Below, in pieces: positions 1 through 12,652 of a stretch of 64,000 nucleotides of DNA. A program made the translations under genes and the position numbers. This DNA comes from Amphiscolops sp. MND2022 (taxonomy: Eukaryota). Below the pieces are notes generated by a model. It worked only from the letters and a program-made list of their open reading frames with translations. It did not search any database and was not told the DNA's origin. The DNA is taken from NCBI GenBank assembly GCA_964187785.1, contig OZ076413.1:48362001-48426000 (forward strand), in the 5' to 3' direction. The first letter of the stretch is position 1; every line of letters begins with the position of its first letter.

Positions 1-1054
1 TTACTTTTGATTGTGGTGTTTTTATATTAGGATATTTTGTTCCTTGTATTCCTTCGGTTTGAAGTTTTTGTGTGATGTTTGAAGTTTCAATGAAGGTATC
101 TGTTTCTATCCAGTATCTATCTTTGATTCGTGTCATTCTACCAATGAATTCTTGAAGTTGAAATATGAGGCAAAATTTTTCATCAAACCATGTTAATGTA
201 TATGGAGTTTTGGTCGTTGGTTTACAAAATCCGTCTGAATGATAACATGGTAATATGTGTCCGTCATGTATTAATTGATTGTTTTTATCGTCATAATCTA
301 TTGCGGTGTTAACAACTCTAAGTTTCCAACTTTGTCGGGTAATTAAATGTTCTCGGTCTGATCGACATCTGGAGTATGTATTTTGTGTAACATTAACTAT
401 CCAGTCAGGATAATTTTCATCAAATACGAAGGTTCCAATATGCCATGTATTTAATTTTTTTACTCTAAATGGTGTCTGAATTCGTTCAATTGTGTTTTGA
501 TAATTACTATCGTCGAACAATGAGAAAGAGCTTTGTATATTGTAGTTGTTTAGTTCTTCGCTATCAGTCGCGTTTAAATATCTGATCATATTTTTGCATT
601 CAATAGGGTCCAATATTTTTGGAAGTTCTAATGTGTTTTGTCCCCATTGTAAACGATCATATCGTCTACTAGATGTGAATGTTTGTGAACACCAGACTTT
701 CTCAGTCTTTATATATGCTTCACATTTAAAGGCTTTTATTCTTTTGGCTTTTGCTCTAACATAAACTGTTGCTTGGGTTTTTGTGTGTTGTATATCTGAG
801 GGTGCTTGTTTACATGGTTCTACATTTGATAAACTGAATTGTCTTAAGTTGTTTTGTTTTGCACAATCATAATGAGATACCATCAAGTTTAAAATATTAG
901 AGTCTTGGTCTGAAATATGATTTTCGGAATTGGTGGTGTCAACTTTGGGAACAGTTGAAGGGTGAACTAAAGAGTGAACTATATGTATTATATATGTGTA
1001 TTTAACAACTTGTATTATATATATTAAGTAAAAGGTAAAGGTGATTTGGTTCAT
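1..1054 (-). CDS. env: Envelope-like glycoprotein, partial (open to the window edge, 351 codons)
   Basis: Manual translation without stops: MNQITFTFYLIYIIQVV...HYDCAKQNNLRQFSLSNVEPCKQ...FKCEAYIKTEKVWCSQ...IECKNMI...SRCR...LPCYHSDGFCKPTTKTPYTLTWFDEKFC. Hydrophobic N-terminus, sequons NAT/NVT/NIT; ATG lies 2 nt after the upstream stop. Confidence 0.8.
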   Translation of the reverse strand, partial: MNQITFTFYLIYIIQVVKYTYIIHIVHSLVHPSTVPKVDTTNSENHISDQDSNILNLMVSHYDCAKQNNLRQFSLSNVEPCKQAPSDIQHTKTQATVYVRAKAKRIKAFKCEAYIKTEKVWCSQTFTSSRRYDRLQWGQNTLELPKILDPIECKNMIRYLNATDSEELNNYNIQSSFSLFDDSNYQNTIERIQTPFRVKKLNTWHIGTFVFDENYPDWIVNVTQNTYSRCRSDREHLITRQSWKLRVVNTAIDYDDKNNQLIHDGHILPCYHSDGFCKPTTKTPYTLTWFDEKFCLIFQLQEFIGRMTRIKDRYWIETDTFIETSNITQKLQTEGIQGTKYPNIKTPQSKV

Positions 1055-1056
1055 GG

Positions 1057-2520
1057 TTAAAATATTGATCTATAATTGAGTCCGGAGTAGGGGTTTAAAA
1101 AGTTTATATGTCCTGTTCTAATCTCAGGTAAATCTGCGTCACAAAGGTAAGAAATGGATGTGACTATGAATGGTGATGGGGTTGTTTTGTGTGCTACTCT
1201 TGTTGAAAGAGAGAATGGATGAGGTCCTATGGAGTTGAATGTGACTTCTACTTCAAATTTTAATGTGAGTTGTTGTTCTTGTAATCTTCGTAGTTCTCTT
1301 TGTTTTCTTTGAGTTGAGAGTGAACTGTTGTTTATAAATCTTGCAGGTAATACCGTGTATCGAGGATCTTCGTCAAGCGTGCGAACAATTTTTGAGTTAA
1401 CACGAATAGGATATTCGTGAGGATTTGGCGATGGAGGTCTTGAGAATTCTTCTAAAAAATCTTCAGGTAATTGTATGGAAGAGTTTGATGCTATTGAACT
1501 AGGTGAGTAAACTCGTGAAAAATTAGCTGCGCTATCTGATATAGTTACTGGCTCTTCAGAAAGAAGAGAGGTTGTTTCAAATCCTGATGTGATTTGAAAT
1601 GGTAGTGATAGAGAACATGGTATAGTGGGTTGAGATGAGGAAAGAGAAGACGTGTCCAATCTGGGTTGGGCGTGTTGTCGAAGTAGTCTTGAGTTTGTAC
1701 TTGAACTAGTTAAAGATTGTAATTCTTGAGAATTTCTTTGTTGTTGAGATCGAAGGTTATAATTATGTCTTGGTACTCTAGTACTAGCAGTTTAGTCAGA
1801 ATCTTTATCTTTATGATATAAATCTGTTAATGAAGAGGTGGTTGTTGAATGTACACGTTGTAATTCAAGCATGGGATATATTTGAGAAAATGTGAATGAA
1901 CTTAGTTCAGATGGTGAAGGAGTTGGGTGTTGTTGTGTTTTCTTCGTTGGTGATTTTAATGAAGGTTCTGGTAAAAATGTTATTGGAATATTACTTGATG
2001 ATGGTAAATCAAGATTTTGTGGTAATGTAGGTAAAGGAGTTTTTCTTTTTGTTTTCGTTGCGGTTGGTATTTTGTGTGGACAAGAATTTATGTACTGTAG
2101 GACTGAGCTAGGATCAGGGATATGAATAGAACGAGTGGTAGTAATCGGTGGAAGAGGAGGTCTATTCAAAATATTTGAAGTATCTTGTGTATTTGTTGGT
2201 ATTGTAGGTGTTTCATCATTAGAGTCAGAAAGTGGTGAATTTGTTTCTACAAATGTTAGATTTCGTGAAATAGGTTGTGATTGAGTTGTTAATATTAGTG
2301 TTTGAGTTTGGGTTATAGGTGTATTGGTGGGTGTTGTTGGTATTCTATCAGGAGTATATGGAGCGGATGGACTGGGATTTGAGGATGAGGAATCCAGTAT
2401 GTCTGTATCTGAGTTTAAATATGCTGTATATTCAGGTAATCTTTGGAGTGAATGTGTTGAACTAGAAGAAGAGTTATTTGTGGTTGATGATGGTGAGTGA
2501 ATATGTCTATCAATTTTGAA
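1057..2520 (-). pseudogene. Ser/Thr/Pro-rich accessory ORF between pol and env, one internal stop
   Basis: Track ORFs 1792-2169 and 1057-1659 share a frame, separated by TAA at 1792-1794; the frame continues upstream. 5' limit approximate. Confidence 0.6.
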
Positions 2521-2691
2521 ATCTTTGTGTTAAGGTAGTTTGTTTCAATTTATAAAGTATTTATAGTTTCATAGCGATTTCTTTCGTTTATTATCACTTG
2601 TGAAATATTTTTCATTCAGTTTCACAGTAAGCTTTAAACTTTTGCTTTCCTTCCAAATTTTCTTTATGTGCTTTTTTCTGTATTCCGTATT

Positions 2692-5600
2692 TCAGCAGGA
2701 TTTTTGAGAAAGTGAAATTATATCGTTTTCACCAAGGAAGAGTCGGTAGTCTTTTCTTGGTTGTGGGCGGAAATTGTATCTATTATAGGAGTGTCTTCGG
2801 GGATTAATAAAATTATCATAGTCATGAATATTTGATTGGTTATCTAGGTAGGTCTTTTGAGGAATTTGTTCTTTTTGTTTATATGGAAATGAAGAATATT
2901 GGTTAAATGATTCTGGTTGTAAGTCAATCGTGAATGGTATATCCGTTTCTTTATTAGATGTTGTGGAAGGAAATTGTTCATCGTCTGTAAATTTGTCTTC
3001 ATCAGAGTTAATTATTTGATCGTATATATTTGAATGACAGTCAATAAATAAATGAGGGTTATATTGTTGTAGGAAAAAAAATAACTGGTTCTTTTGGATG
3101 ATAAGGAATTAAATGATTTCTATGTATGTGCGATGTATAACCATCTTGATTAACAATTTCATATGTTATGTCGGAGATTTTGTTAATAATTTTGAATGGG
3201 CCAATTCTGAGAGGTTTTAATTTATCGGAAAAATGAACATGGAGAAAATTTCTTTTTAGTACAAATGTACCAATATCTAAGGGTCTTGGATTGTGATATG
3301 TTTTGTTAAATTAAGCATAGGAATTAATCTTTCTTTTTGTGTTTTCATATACCGTATGGTATATCTGTATCATAGCAGTTTCAGTAGCTAAGATCCATTG
3401 TGGAATTGGTTTAGATAAAATTTTATAAAAGAAAGGGTTTAGATTTGATTTGTCATAGTGTGTATGAAGTGGTAATTCTTGACAATATTGAGAAGTACAA
3501 TTTCTATTTGTATCTCTTTGGAGATTGCGTTCAAAGTTGATTGGAATTCTGGGTATAGTATGGAATACTATTTCATATGGAGATAAGTTTAATTCAGAAA
3601 GTGGTTATGAATTATGTGCATAAGCATACATATGAACTTGAGTTCTCCAATTTTCTGGAGTGTTATGTAAGAAAAGTCTGAGATGAGTTCCAAGATTTCT
3701 GTTTTGATTTTCAACTAAACCATTTGTCCATGGTGCATAAGGAGTTCTTGGTGAATGTCTAATTCCCATTGTGGTACAAAGATTTGCAAATTCTGAATTA
3801 ATGTATTCTGTTCCACGGTCGGTAACTAGATATCCAGGAGGTCCAAATTTTGTTATCCAATGATGTAGTAATGAGTTAACAGCGTTTTGAGCATTATTTT
3901 GTTTTATAGGTACTGTTACCACAAAATGACTAAAAGCGTCTATTATAACATGAATGTATGAATTTTGATTTGATGGTGGGTTTATAGGTCCTTTTGTATC
4001 CATTGATATTCGGTAATTAAAATATGAAGCATTTTCTGAGAAGGTTTGTATAGATGCAGTTTGTAATTTTTGATTAATATGTTTGTTTTGTTGGCATTCA
4101 ATGCAATCATGGATGAATATTGACATCCATTTATTCAAGTATGGTATGAAGTAAAATTGGTTGAAAGCTTTGATGGATATCTTTATTCCTGAATGTCCAT
4201 GAGCATGAAGTTTGTTAAAAGCTGCGTGGAAAAGTTTAAATGGTAGACATGTTTTGTCTCTTTGATTCGGGTTGGAATTGTGAAGATTAGGATAATCTAT
4301 GTGGATAATTTTTGTATCATGATTAATATATAATTGGTTGAAGATTTTGTAATATACTAATAAGAAAGAATTAGCTGCAATTGTTGGGTCTATTTGTAAA
4401 AGTCTTTCATTATTAAGTATCCATTGGTAAACCTTTTGTAAAACAGTATCTTGGTTTTGTTGAGCTTTTATTGTTTCAATGGTTATTTGTGTATCTCCTG
4501 GTAGGAAGAAGTAATTAAAATATTTTTTGTATTTGAAAAAGGATGGATCAAAAAATGGAACTTGTTGTTTACAATAGTCGTATTTGGTAGGATATTGTAT
4601 AGCAAGGGTGTGTTCTTTTACTATGTTCGAGTTTTGTTGTTGGATATTATTTGATTGTGTTATTTCATCTTCATCACTAAGAATGTCAGTATCATTAAGA
4701 ATTGTCGATTGTTGTAAAAGAGACATTGCTTGGTTTTTTGTAGGCTTTTTATATTTTGATTCGAATGGAACAATTGATTAAAAAGAGAAGGAATCTAAAG
4801 GCTTTATGTGTATTACTTCTCCTTTGTTATTTATACGGATAGAGAATTGGTCGTCTCCGTAGTCAACAAGGATAGGATGACAATCATTCTTTTGATTATA
4901 TTTTATTCCTTCATGTTTTACTAAATAATGTACTGTTTTGAGTTGATTATCTTTCATGATAGAGAAATCTATTTGAGGTGGTAATTGTTTGTGTCGTAAT
5001 TGGTGTACTTGTAGCTGTTCTTTTGTAAAGGTTCGTGAAAGCATATCTGCTACAGTTAAATTTTTTCCAGGGGTCTGAATGATTTTTAGTTTGGAGAATT
5101 TGGTTAGTTGCATTTGTGCTCTATAGAATCTAGGACTAAGATTTCCTTTCTTTGCGAAACAATGTAGTAAAGGCTTGTGATCTGTGAAGAGGTATCTAGG
5201 ATGAGGAGATCCAATGATCAAAAATTCATATATTTGCAATGCGTAAACTATTGCAAGAAGTTCTCTATCTAATGTTGAAAGTTTTTGTTCTTGTGTGTTA
5301 AGATATCTGGAGTTATAAGAGATTACTTTCATCTTATTTTCTTTGTTCATTTGGAATAAGACTGCGCCTAAAATTACTAACGAAGCATCTACTGTTATGA
5401 AAAATGGATGCGTGGTGTTGGGTATTGTCAATTCAGTGTTTGCTGTCATTGTATTTTTAACATTTTGAAATATTTTTTCTAATTCAGGTGTCCATTGAAA
5501 TATAACATCATCATGTAGTAATGTATACAATGGTTTAAGGTTTATATGAAGTTTTTCAATGAATTTTGAATAAAAGTTAACACTGCCAAGAAATTGCATA

Positions 5601-7620
5601 ACATCTTTCTTTTCTTTTGGTGATGGAATTCTTTTGATAGCTTCAATTTTGGATGGAATTGGTTGAATTGTGTTGTTACCAATTTCATGTCCAAGGAATT
5701 TTACTTTGAGTAACATGTAGAACGATTTTTCAGGTGCAAGTTTGAGATTTTCTCGAGATGCTATTGTATGTAATTCTTTTATAAGTTCAAACATTTCTTG
5801 TTTTTCGTTTGCGAGTAATAAAATATCATCGATATAAACTAACGCAGAACGTTTGTCTATAAGCGATCTAAAGAAAGTTGACATTTGTTTTGTAAAAAAA
5901 GTTTGGAAGTCCTTTTAATTCTTAAAATCCACGGATAAAGGCGTATAATTTGTCACCGGATGAAAATCCTGTAAGTTTAATTGTTTCTTCGTCTAATGGT
6001 GTATGAGCATATGCATACATTAGATCAATGGTTGATTTGTATTTTTTATTGGCTCTAGCTAATTGAGGAGCTAAAGGTTCAATAGGCCAAGATTCAAGTT
6101 CTTGGTTAGTGTTTGAGTTTAGATGTCTTGCGTCTAAAACAACTTTTATTGCGTCTCCTTTGGGGATAATAATTAAAGGGTTTAAAAATGTTGTTCCAAT
6201 AGTACGTTTTTCATCTGTTGTTGAACCAATTTGTTTTATGATGTTGTATTTTTCAAGTTCTAATAAAAGTTTATTTAGTCTCTATAATGAATAGGTACTT
6301 TAGAAGGTCTTTGTGTGTGAAGTTTACAATTATCTTTTATTCTAAATCGAAAGGGAGTAGAAATCTTTCCTACGTCGTTCTTATGTTTGGCGTAACAATT
6401 TTGGTTATTAAATAGAATATTGCAGAGGTTTACATATTCTGTATCAGTTAAATCTGAGCATTCAAAATTGAACTTCTTTATGAATTGTTGATTTTCTGTA
6501 GAATAGGGTAATGGAGGGAAATCTTTTCGAATTTTATCTGCAGGTCGAAGGTTTCCAGTAACAGAAGGTATAGGAAGTTGAAGTGTTTTGTCGTTAATTT
6601 CTATCTTGTTAATTTCTAATAGGGATTGTGGTGTTACCCTAGTACATAAGTTCATACCTACATAAGGATTTTGTTTAATCGGAGTTGTGGTATCAGGGTG
6701 ATACGCATGTATTACAGAGTGAATAAGTGAATTTACATCGTTAACTCTGTAGTGAGGAGGAGTTGTTTGAGTAATAGGTATTTCTATATATCCAATAATT
6801 CCTCGTGGTAATGTAGCTGGATAAGATGTAAAGTTTTGAATTATGGTTGCACATGAGTCTTTGCTTTTTTCATTGACTATCATATCTAAGAAATGAAAGA
6901 TATTTTTGAATTTTTGTAAGAAATATGTATATGGGTTTGTTGGGTAGAACTTTGTATTATCTTCAAGTTCAAAATGTAGATTTGAATAGTTGTTAATTGG
7001 GAAATGTATGGTTTTTCCTGACCTTGGTTTAAATTGAATTGGTTCCTTACATTTAATAGTATAAATGTAAGAAATATATGGGTAATCTTTTTCTGTAAAT
7101 GTGGAAAATGTAGTTTTTGTTGGAAGCTTTGGATGTTGTTCTGTGTACGTCATAATGTTTTGTTGAAAATCAATATTTTGGATGTGCTTTTTGAAAAAGA
7201 GTGTTCCAAGAATGTTGTATTTGATATTTGCTACGGCAAAATCGGTATTGAAGGATCGTGTTTTGTGATTTACTTCAGTGAAACAGGTCATCGAAATATA
7301 ATGTATTATTGGTACTTCAGTTTGGTTTGCAACTGTAAGAGTTTTGGCTCTTTTGTTTTGGAGGTTAGTTGGAACATTGATGTTTAATTGTTTGGAAATT
7401 ACATGAAATGTTGGTAAATTCAAAACAGATATGGTGCTCCAGTATCTAAGAGGAATAAGATTTCTAATTTTGAAGGTAATATGTTATCATTTGTTTCAGA
7501 AGCGTGAATATATAGTGGATAAAACCAACTATAAGGAGTGATTGTATTAGCTATTTCAGTTATTTGACAGGTGTGGATTTCAAATTTTGTACTATCATTT
7601 TCTTTTGCAGATTTAACGTC
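2692..7620 (-). pseudogene. pol: pol of element A (protease, RT, RNase H, integrase), frameshifted
   Basis: LFLLDTGA near 7445; YIDD, FLGH and TDHKPL in 4778-5884; H..H..CIEC, MDTKG, TDRG, NGLVE in 3605-4726. Confidence 0.93.
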
Positions 7621-7628
7621 TACTTGAT

Positions 7629-9466
7629 TTATTCTGTTTTGTTGTCTGTTTCTTGAGGGTGTTCTAGATCTTGATCTAAAATCTCTAGGTCTTGATGGAG
7701 ATCTATATGGATAATTATATCGTTTAAAGGACTTTCCTTGTGATTGAGAACGAGATCTGTATCTTGAGCGAGAATTATATCTGTAATTTGAGTTATTTCT
7801 GTATGGAGATCTATGTGGAGATCTAGATGGAGTTCTTCTTTGATAATAATTATCAAATCGAGATCTATACGGACCTCGGGATCGATTATAATATCTTTGT
7901 CGGAGTTTGATCTATAGTTGTTTTGCGAATATTCTCTACTATTGCAACGATATCTATCATTGTTTCTGTATCTATCATTATTGTAGTTTTGATTATATTT
8001 ATTACGATCATTATCTGAGGAGTAGGGATTTGTATTGTCATTTCGATTTTCCTGAGGATTATTAGGTTTACTGCGAAAATATTGTACAAAGGATTGTTGA
8101 GGAGTTCGTGATCTAGCCTACAAGAATCTACAATTTCAACACATAATCCATCACAAACAGGGACATCAACATCAGTACATACTCAATCCTTTAGAGTTCC
8201 CACTAGAGTTGTAAACCAAAGACAAACTACACATAGTCCTCAATCTGACTTCGCTACATCTCCAAACATTAATATAACTTTTAACCTTCCACATACAGAT
8301 GACATACACGATGAAACACATGATACATTACAAGATGATATTCTGACTACATCTAGTGCTCAGAATACTTCTGTTAATGTTGCATCTCCAACAAGAACTA
8401 ATCCTGATTATACAAGATACATTCGTTTCAAGAAACATTCGTTTCGATCCTCTATTAATTACAGAAAATGATCTATTCGCAGAAAATAGACCTTACCACT
8501 ATGAACAAAATTCTCAAGATCAACAAAATTTACATTTTAACACTAACAATTCTACTGAAGATGATCTTCAGTAGAATTGTTAGTGTTAAAATGTAAATTT
8601 TGTTGATCTTGAGAATTTTGTTCATAGTGGTAAGGTCTATTTTCTGCGAATAGATCATTTTCTGTAATTAATAGAGGATCGAAACGAATGTAATCTAAGG
8701 TTTGTTTTGTAATTGATTGTGGTTTATGAAAGTAAGGATGTTCATTTTGTTCACTGATGATGAATGGTAAACATTCTTTTAATGTAAAATGATCTGGAAA
8801 TGCTGTAAAAGCAGATTGGTCTTGTTGTGACCATAATAGTTGATAAATAAATCTGAAGTATTTTCTGAGAAATAAAGAGATTACTTTGATCTGGGGAATT
8901 GTTTGGTCATTTAATGTTAGGTCTTTGAAGTAATGGTAGATGAAATTTTGAATTCGTAATATATCAGCTTGTAACCAATGATGGGGGTTGTCTTCAGGAT
9001 TAACTAATCTTTCAATAATTTCTACGTCGAAATTGTCTATGTATCGTTGAAGATCGTCAAGTGCATTTGGACTAAATTTTGGGATTTCCTGTGCTAAGTT
9101 GTGGTCTTTTACATTGTTTAGAAAAGTATGAAAAACTTGTTTAATAGGAACTTGAAGGTTTATTGCGTTTATTGTTCTTCTGTATATATGAGATGAATTA
9201 AGTCTTTGTTGAAGAAAGGATATTTGAAAAGTTGGGTATTCTTCGGTGATTGTTAAAACTTTGTATCTAATATAGAAAAGGTTTGTGTCCAAATGTTCTC
9301 TAATAAGAGGGATTGTTTCGATTGTGTGTGGTTCATTTTCAAATGGGAGTGGTTGTGTATAATGTGAAATAATGTTTTGTAGGAATGGGTTTAGTTCTAA
9401 GTTTACAACTTTTGCATTTTTAATGATGGGGGTTTGAAAAGGTAAATAGGTTGTTGTTAAGGACAT
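7629..9466 (-). pseudogene. gag: gag of element A; capsid/zinc-knuckle core deleted and replaced by inverted fragments
   Basis: 8552-9466 aligns with the element B N-terminus (NPHHWLQADIL vs NPHYWLQQDIL); homology resumes near 8117 (ARSRTPQQSFVQYFRS vs B ARSKSPQKSFVQYFRS). Confidence 0.75.
8435..8691. repeat. Perfect palindrome, 128-bp arms, 1-nt spacer at 8563
   Basis: 8435-8562 is the reverse complement of 8564-8691. Confidence 0.97.
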
Positions 9467-9470
9467 TTTT

Positions 9471-9584
9471 CTAAAGTTTGTCTCTTATCACCGTAAGTAT
9501 TTTTTCAAGAAGAACACAAACTATAAATAAGACACAAAACGTGTATGTTGTAATTAGTACTACTGTGGTAACCTTTTCCCACAT
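9471..9584 (-). CDS. 37-aa hydrophobic micro-ORF immediately upstream of gag
   Basis: MWEKVTTVVLITTYTFCVLFIVCVLLEKILTVIRDKL*; stop 4 nt before the gag ATG at 9466. Confidence 0.45.
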   Translation of the reverse strand: MWEKVTTVVLITTYTFCVLFIVCVLLEKILTVIRDKL

Positions 9585-11338
9585 GTTATAATGTGAAGGT
9601 GAGAACGTTGCAATTGATTTTATATATATTTTCTAAGTTGGAGCTCTTGGGTAATGTCGTTGTTGATTTATGATAAAGAAAAAATATTGTTGATATCGTT
9701 CAATTAATCTTTCAAAATCGTTTGCTGTAGGGTTTTGAAGGGAGCTAATTGGCGGAATGTAAAAGTTGAAAGGATAACCTGCTTGGTTGTATATGTTAGG
9801 GTTCATATAATTTGTATTATAATTTGATGTTGTTTGAAAAGTTAATAGTTGTGGATAGAGAAAAGAAGCGGATGCAGTAGGATCTGTATTCAACCTCAAA
9901 GGATTGCTAACAGAAACTAAATGTCATTTTAAGTCTGGATCACTTTAAGGTGTCTAACATAAGGTTACTGACACGTCCAGAAAAACTAAGATTGTTTTAA
10001 TTTTAAGTGGGTTTTGTGTTTTAAGACTAAGGGAGTGGAACTCTGAACAATCAACGTCCACTATCCAAAGTCTGATCAATACTGATCAAGATCAAAGTTT
10101 GATCTTTGTTTCTTTTACTTTTACTTTTACTTTCTGAGAATTTTGAAGATTCGAACGTAGTTCGGTGTCCTCTCGATTCTCCTTAAAGACGTTTACACTT
10201 AACTAAGGTTTTTAGTCAGTCTTAGAATCAGAGTAAGCTGGTGAGGCTGTCTGATTGGCTATGTCTTACGGGAGGCGATAGGAATTGTGGGTGCCTGAAA
10301 GTAGAAAACTAACTTTACTGTGTTTGTGTTATTTACATGCCTTATTTTAAGTTTTTAAACAAAAGAGTTGTGAGAATTGTATGTGGTATTTTGTTAAAAT
10401 AATTGTTTTGTAGGATTATGTTAAAATTATTATCATTGAAAGTACTAGAGATAAGGTTGAGTGTACTTTGTGTTGTTATTTTTGTTGGTTATTGAAAAAC
10501 TTTTTTGAAGTTACTTGTATTATTTAAGTTTTGTGAATTTATTTGTATTGTTTGTCGACAATAGGAAAAGAAAGGGAATAGTGCGTGGTTGTTTTTTGTA
10601 GTTAGTCTTGGTTGCCTTTTTTTGTTTTCAGAGTCTATTTCTGAAATTTTTTTGTAGGAAATTTTGTAGAAAGGGGATCCGAAACGTAAAAGTAGAAAAT
10701 CCAGGTTTTCTGCCAACACGAAGTTGATCTTGAGACGTATGTGCTTATTGGTGAGCGGAGTTGGACATGCACTCAATCAACTATTACACCAGGAGTCCAC
10801 CTGACGTCCAAGATAGCAGGATTGAAGAAAGTTGCTGTGTCAAAGGTGTTAGAAACATTGATAAACCAGACAAACGTCAAAGAACTGTTTCAACAAGCTT
10901 CCGGATTAGCTGTGATAAATCAGTATAGAGAACAGAACTGTGTCACTTGGGATAAATCAGTCTGGAAAAGAAGAAAAACAGAACTGTGTCACAATGGATA
11001 AATCAGTCCGAAATGAAACCGTTTCAACGTATTGGAAAATGTGATAAACCGGTATGGCTAAAAGAACAGGAGGAAGAACCGTGTCAACGTGTTAGAAAAC
11101 GTGATAAACCGGTAGTGAAGAAAATTTGTTATATTAAAGTTGATTGTTGTAGTGGAGAAATTGTGTTTCGAACGATGATGTATTTATTGATGAAATTTAG
11201 AAAGTCACAGACCAAACTTTCAAGAAATTCTAGAAAGATTTCACTGCAATTCCAGAGAACTTCAAGTATGGAGAGTGGTATTTGTATGATTGTTGAGAGA
11301 AGAGAAATCATCCAGGAGAAAAGGCAAAAATTTTACAA

Positions 11339-11347
11339 GTCGCACCA
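11339..11347 (-). promoter_or_regulatory. Primer-binding site of element A
   Basis: TGGTGCGAC 3 nt after the LTR end (CAGCACA-ATT-TGG); cognate tRNA not identified. Confidence 0.7.
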
Positions 11348-11350
11348 AAT

Positions 11351-11619
11351 TGTGCTGCTTTTAATGGTTGGTTAGTTCTTTGGATGGTCTTATACGCAAC
11401 TACTAAAAGCGGCTGAGAGACAGGCTAGCTAGCTTACTTTATTACAACTAGTTCGAGGTGTTAGAAGTAGAACAAAAAGGAAGTCAACTGAATACTGATT
11501 ATTAGTTTTCTCTCTCTGAGGGAGTAGAGATTTACAATCATTCAATAACAAATAAATGTACATTCTAGAACATTCTATAAACATCTAAATACTATTGGTT
11601 ATTAATGTAGATCAGTACA
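11351..11619 (-). repeat. 5' LTR of element A (269 bp)
   Basis: TGTACTG...CAGCACA termini (6/7 inverted), internal AATAAA, adjacent PBS. Partner LTR is outside the window. Confidence 0.75.
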
Positions 11620-11689
11620 CCAGCGTTTGTATTGTAAAATGATTCGAACACAGAGAACAGAGTTTGGACATTGCGGTTATTTGGCAGAC

Positions 11690-12342
11690 AGAATATGAGG
11701 GTTCAAAAAAATTGAAGGAGGGACCCTTTGAAGACTTTGAACATTTACCAAAAAAAAGTCTCACAATGCTGAAAAAACTGAATGGGGGACTCTTTGGGTT
11801 TTTTCAACATCCATTTTGTCGAAAAATATCAAAATATTGAAGGAATGACCCTCTGGAGAATTTTTTCAAAAACAAAGTCCCTCAATGCCAAAAAAACTGA
11901 GAGGGAGGACCCTTTAGCCTCGCCTGGTATTGTATGTTATATCCGAACTTTGAAAACGTTACATCCGAACTTTGAAAACGTTACGTCCGAACTTTCAAAA
12001 CGTTATATCCTATCTTTAAAACGTTATATCCGAACATTGGAAACGTTATATCCGAACTTTGAAAACGTCATATCCGAACTTTAAAAACGTTATATCCGAA
12101 GTTTAAAAACGTCATATCCGAACTTTGAAAACGTTATATCCGAACTTTGAAAACGTTATATCCGAACTTTGAAAACGTTATATCCGAACTTTAAAAACGT
12201 CATATCCGAACTAAAATCCGCGTTAGGCACTCGGCTATAAAGTTGAACAAATGAGCAAAAAAGCGGACCGATCGCGTGTAGCTGACGAAAAAAGCTAGCC
12301 CTTGTAAGAGTTGTGCTTTTTCGTCAAAAACGCCGACTAAAA
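11690..12342. mobile_element. Non-autonomous interspersed repeat, Helentron/HINE (DINE-1)-like, with an internal minisatellite
   Basis: Related pieces at 14378-14795, 18129-18318, 42120-42405. Family ends TTTTTAGTCGGCG and CGCCGACTTGGACCGGTGCCGGCTTGTT (subterminal inverted repeat, CTTGTT end). Left limit approximate. Confidence 0.6.
11936..12212. repeat. Minisatellite, 22-bp unit GTTATATCCGAACTTTGAAAAC, about 12.5 copies
   Basis: Direct tandem copies without spacers. Confidence 0.95.
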
Positions 12343-12652
12343 ACACCATTTTAAATGAATTTTTAACCTTGAGTAAGGTGCTGGCTTATTCAGTTCTCAT
12401 TTTGTTCATCGCAACAATATTTTTTCAATTGAAATTTCCAATGCAAAAAAGGACAACATATCTCAAAAAGTTAGAAAATATTCTAAACATCAAATCTAAT
12501 TCGTTGATTCTCAGCATTAAAACTTTTGGCAAAACGTTCAATCCCCAAAAAAGGTCAATTTTTGGAACAAAATTCACATTGCTGAACAATGTGATTTTCA
12601 GTTTTAGCAATTTTGGGAAGCGTTTCGAAGAAAACTTTTCGGGACAACTAAC

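Larger units (their letters stand above)
1..11619 (-). mobile_element. Element A: large env-bearing Ty3/Gypsy LTR retrotransposon, 3' end beyond the window
   Basis: Order on minus strand: LTR, PBS, long leader, small ORFs, gag, PR-RT-RH-IN (Gypsy order), S/T/P-rich ORF, env-like ORF. Uniform A/C-rich sense-strand skew. Confidence 0.92.

Noticed and set aside
11936..12212. CRISPR array
   Set aside because: Contiguous tandem units, no spacers, no cas genes, eukaryotic context.
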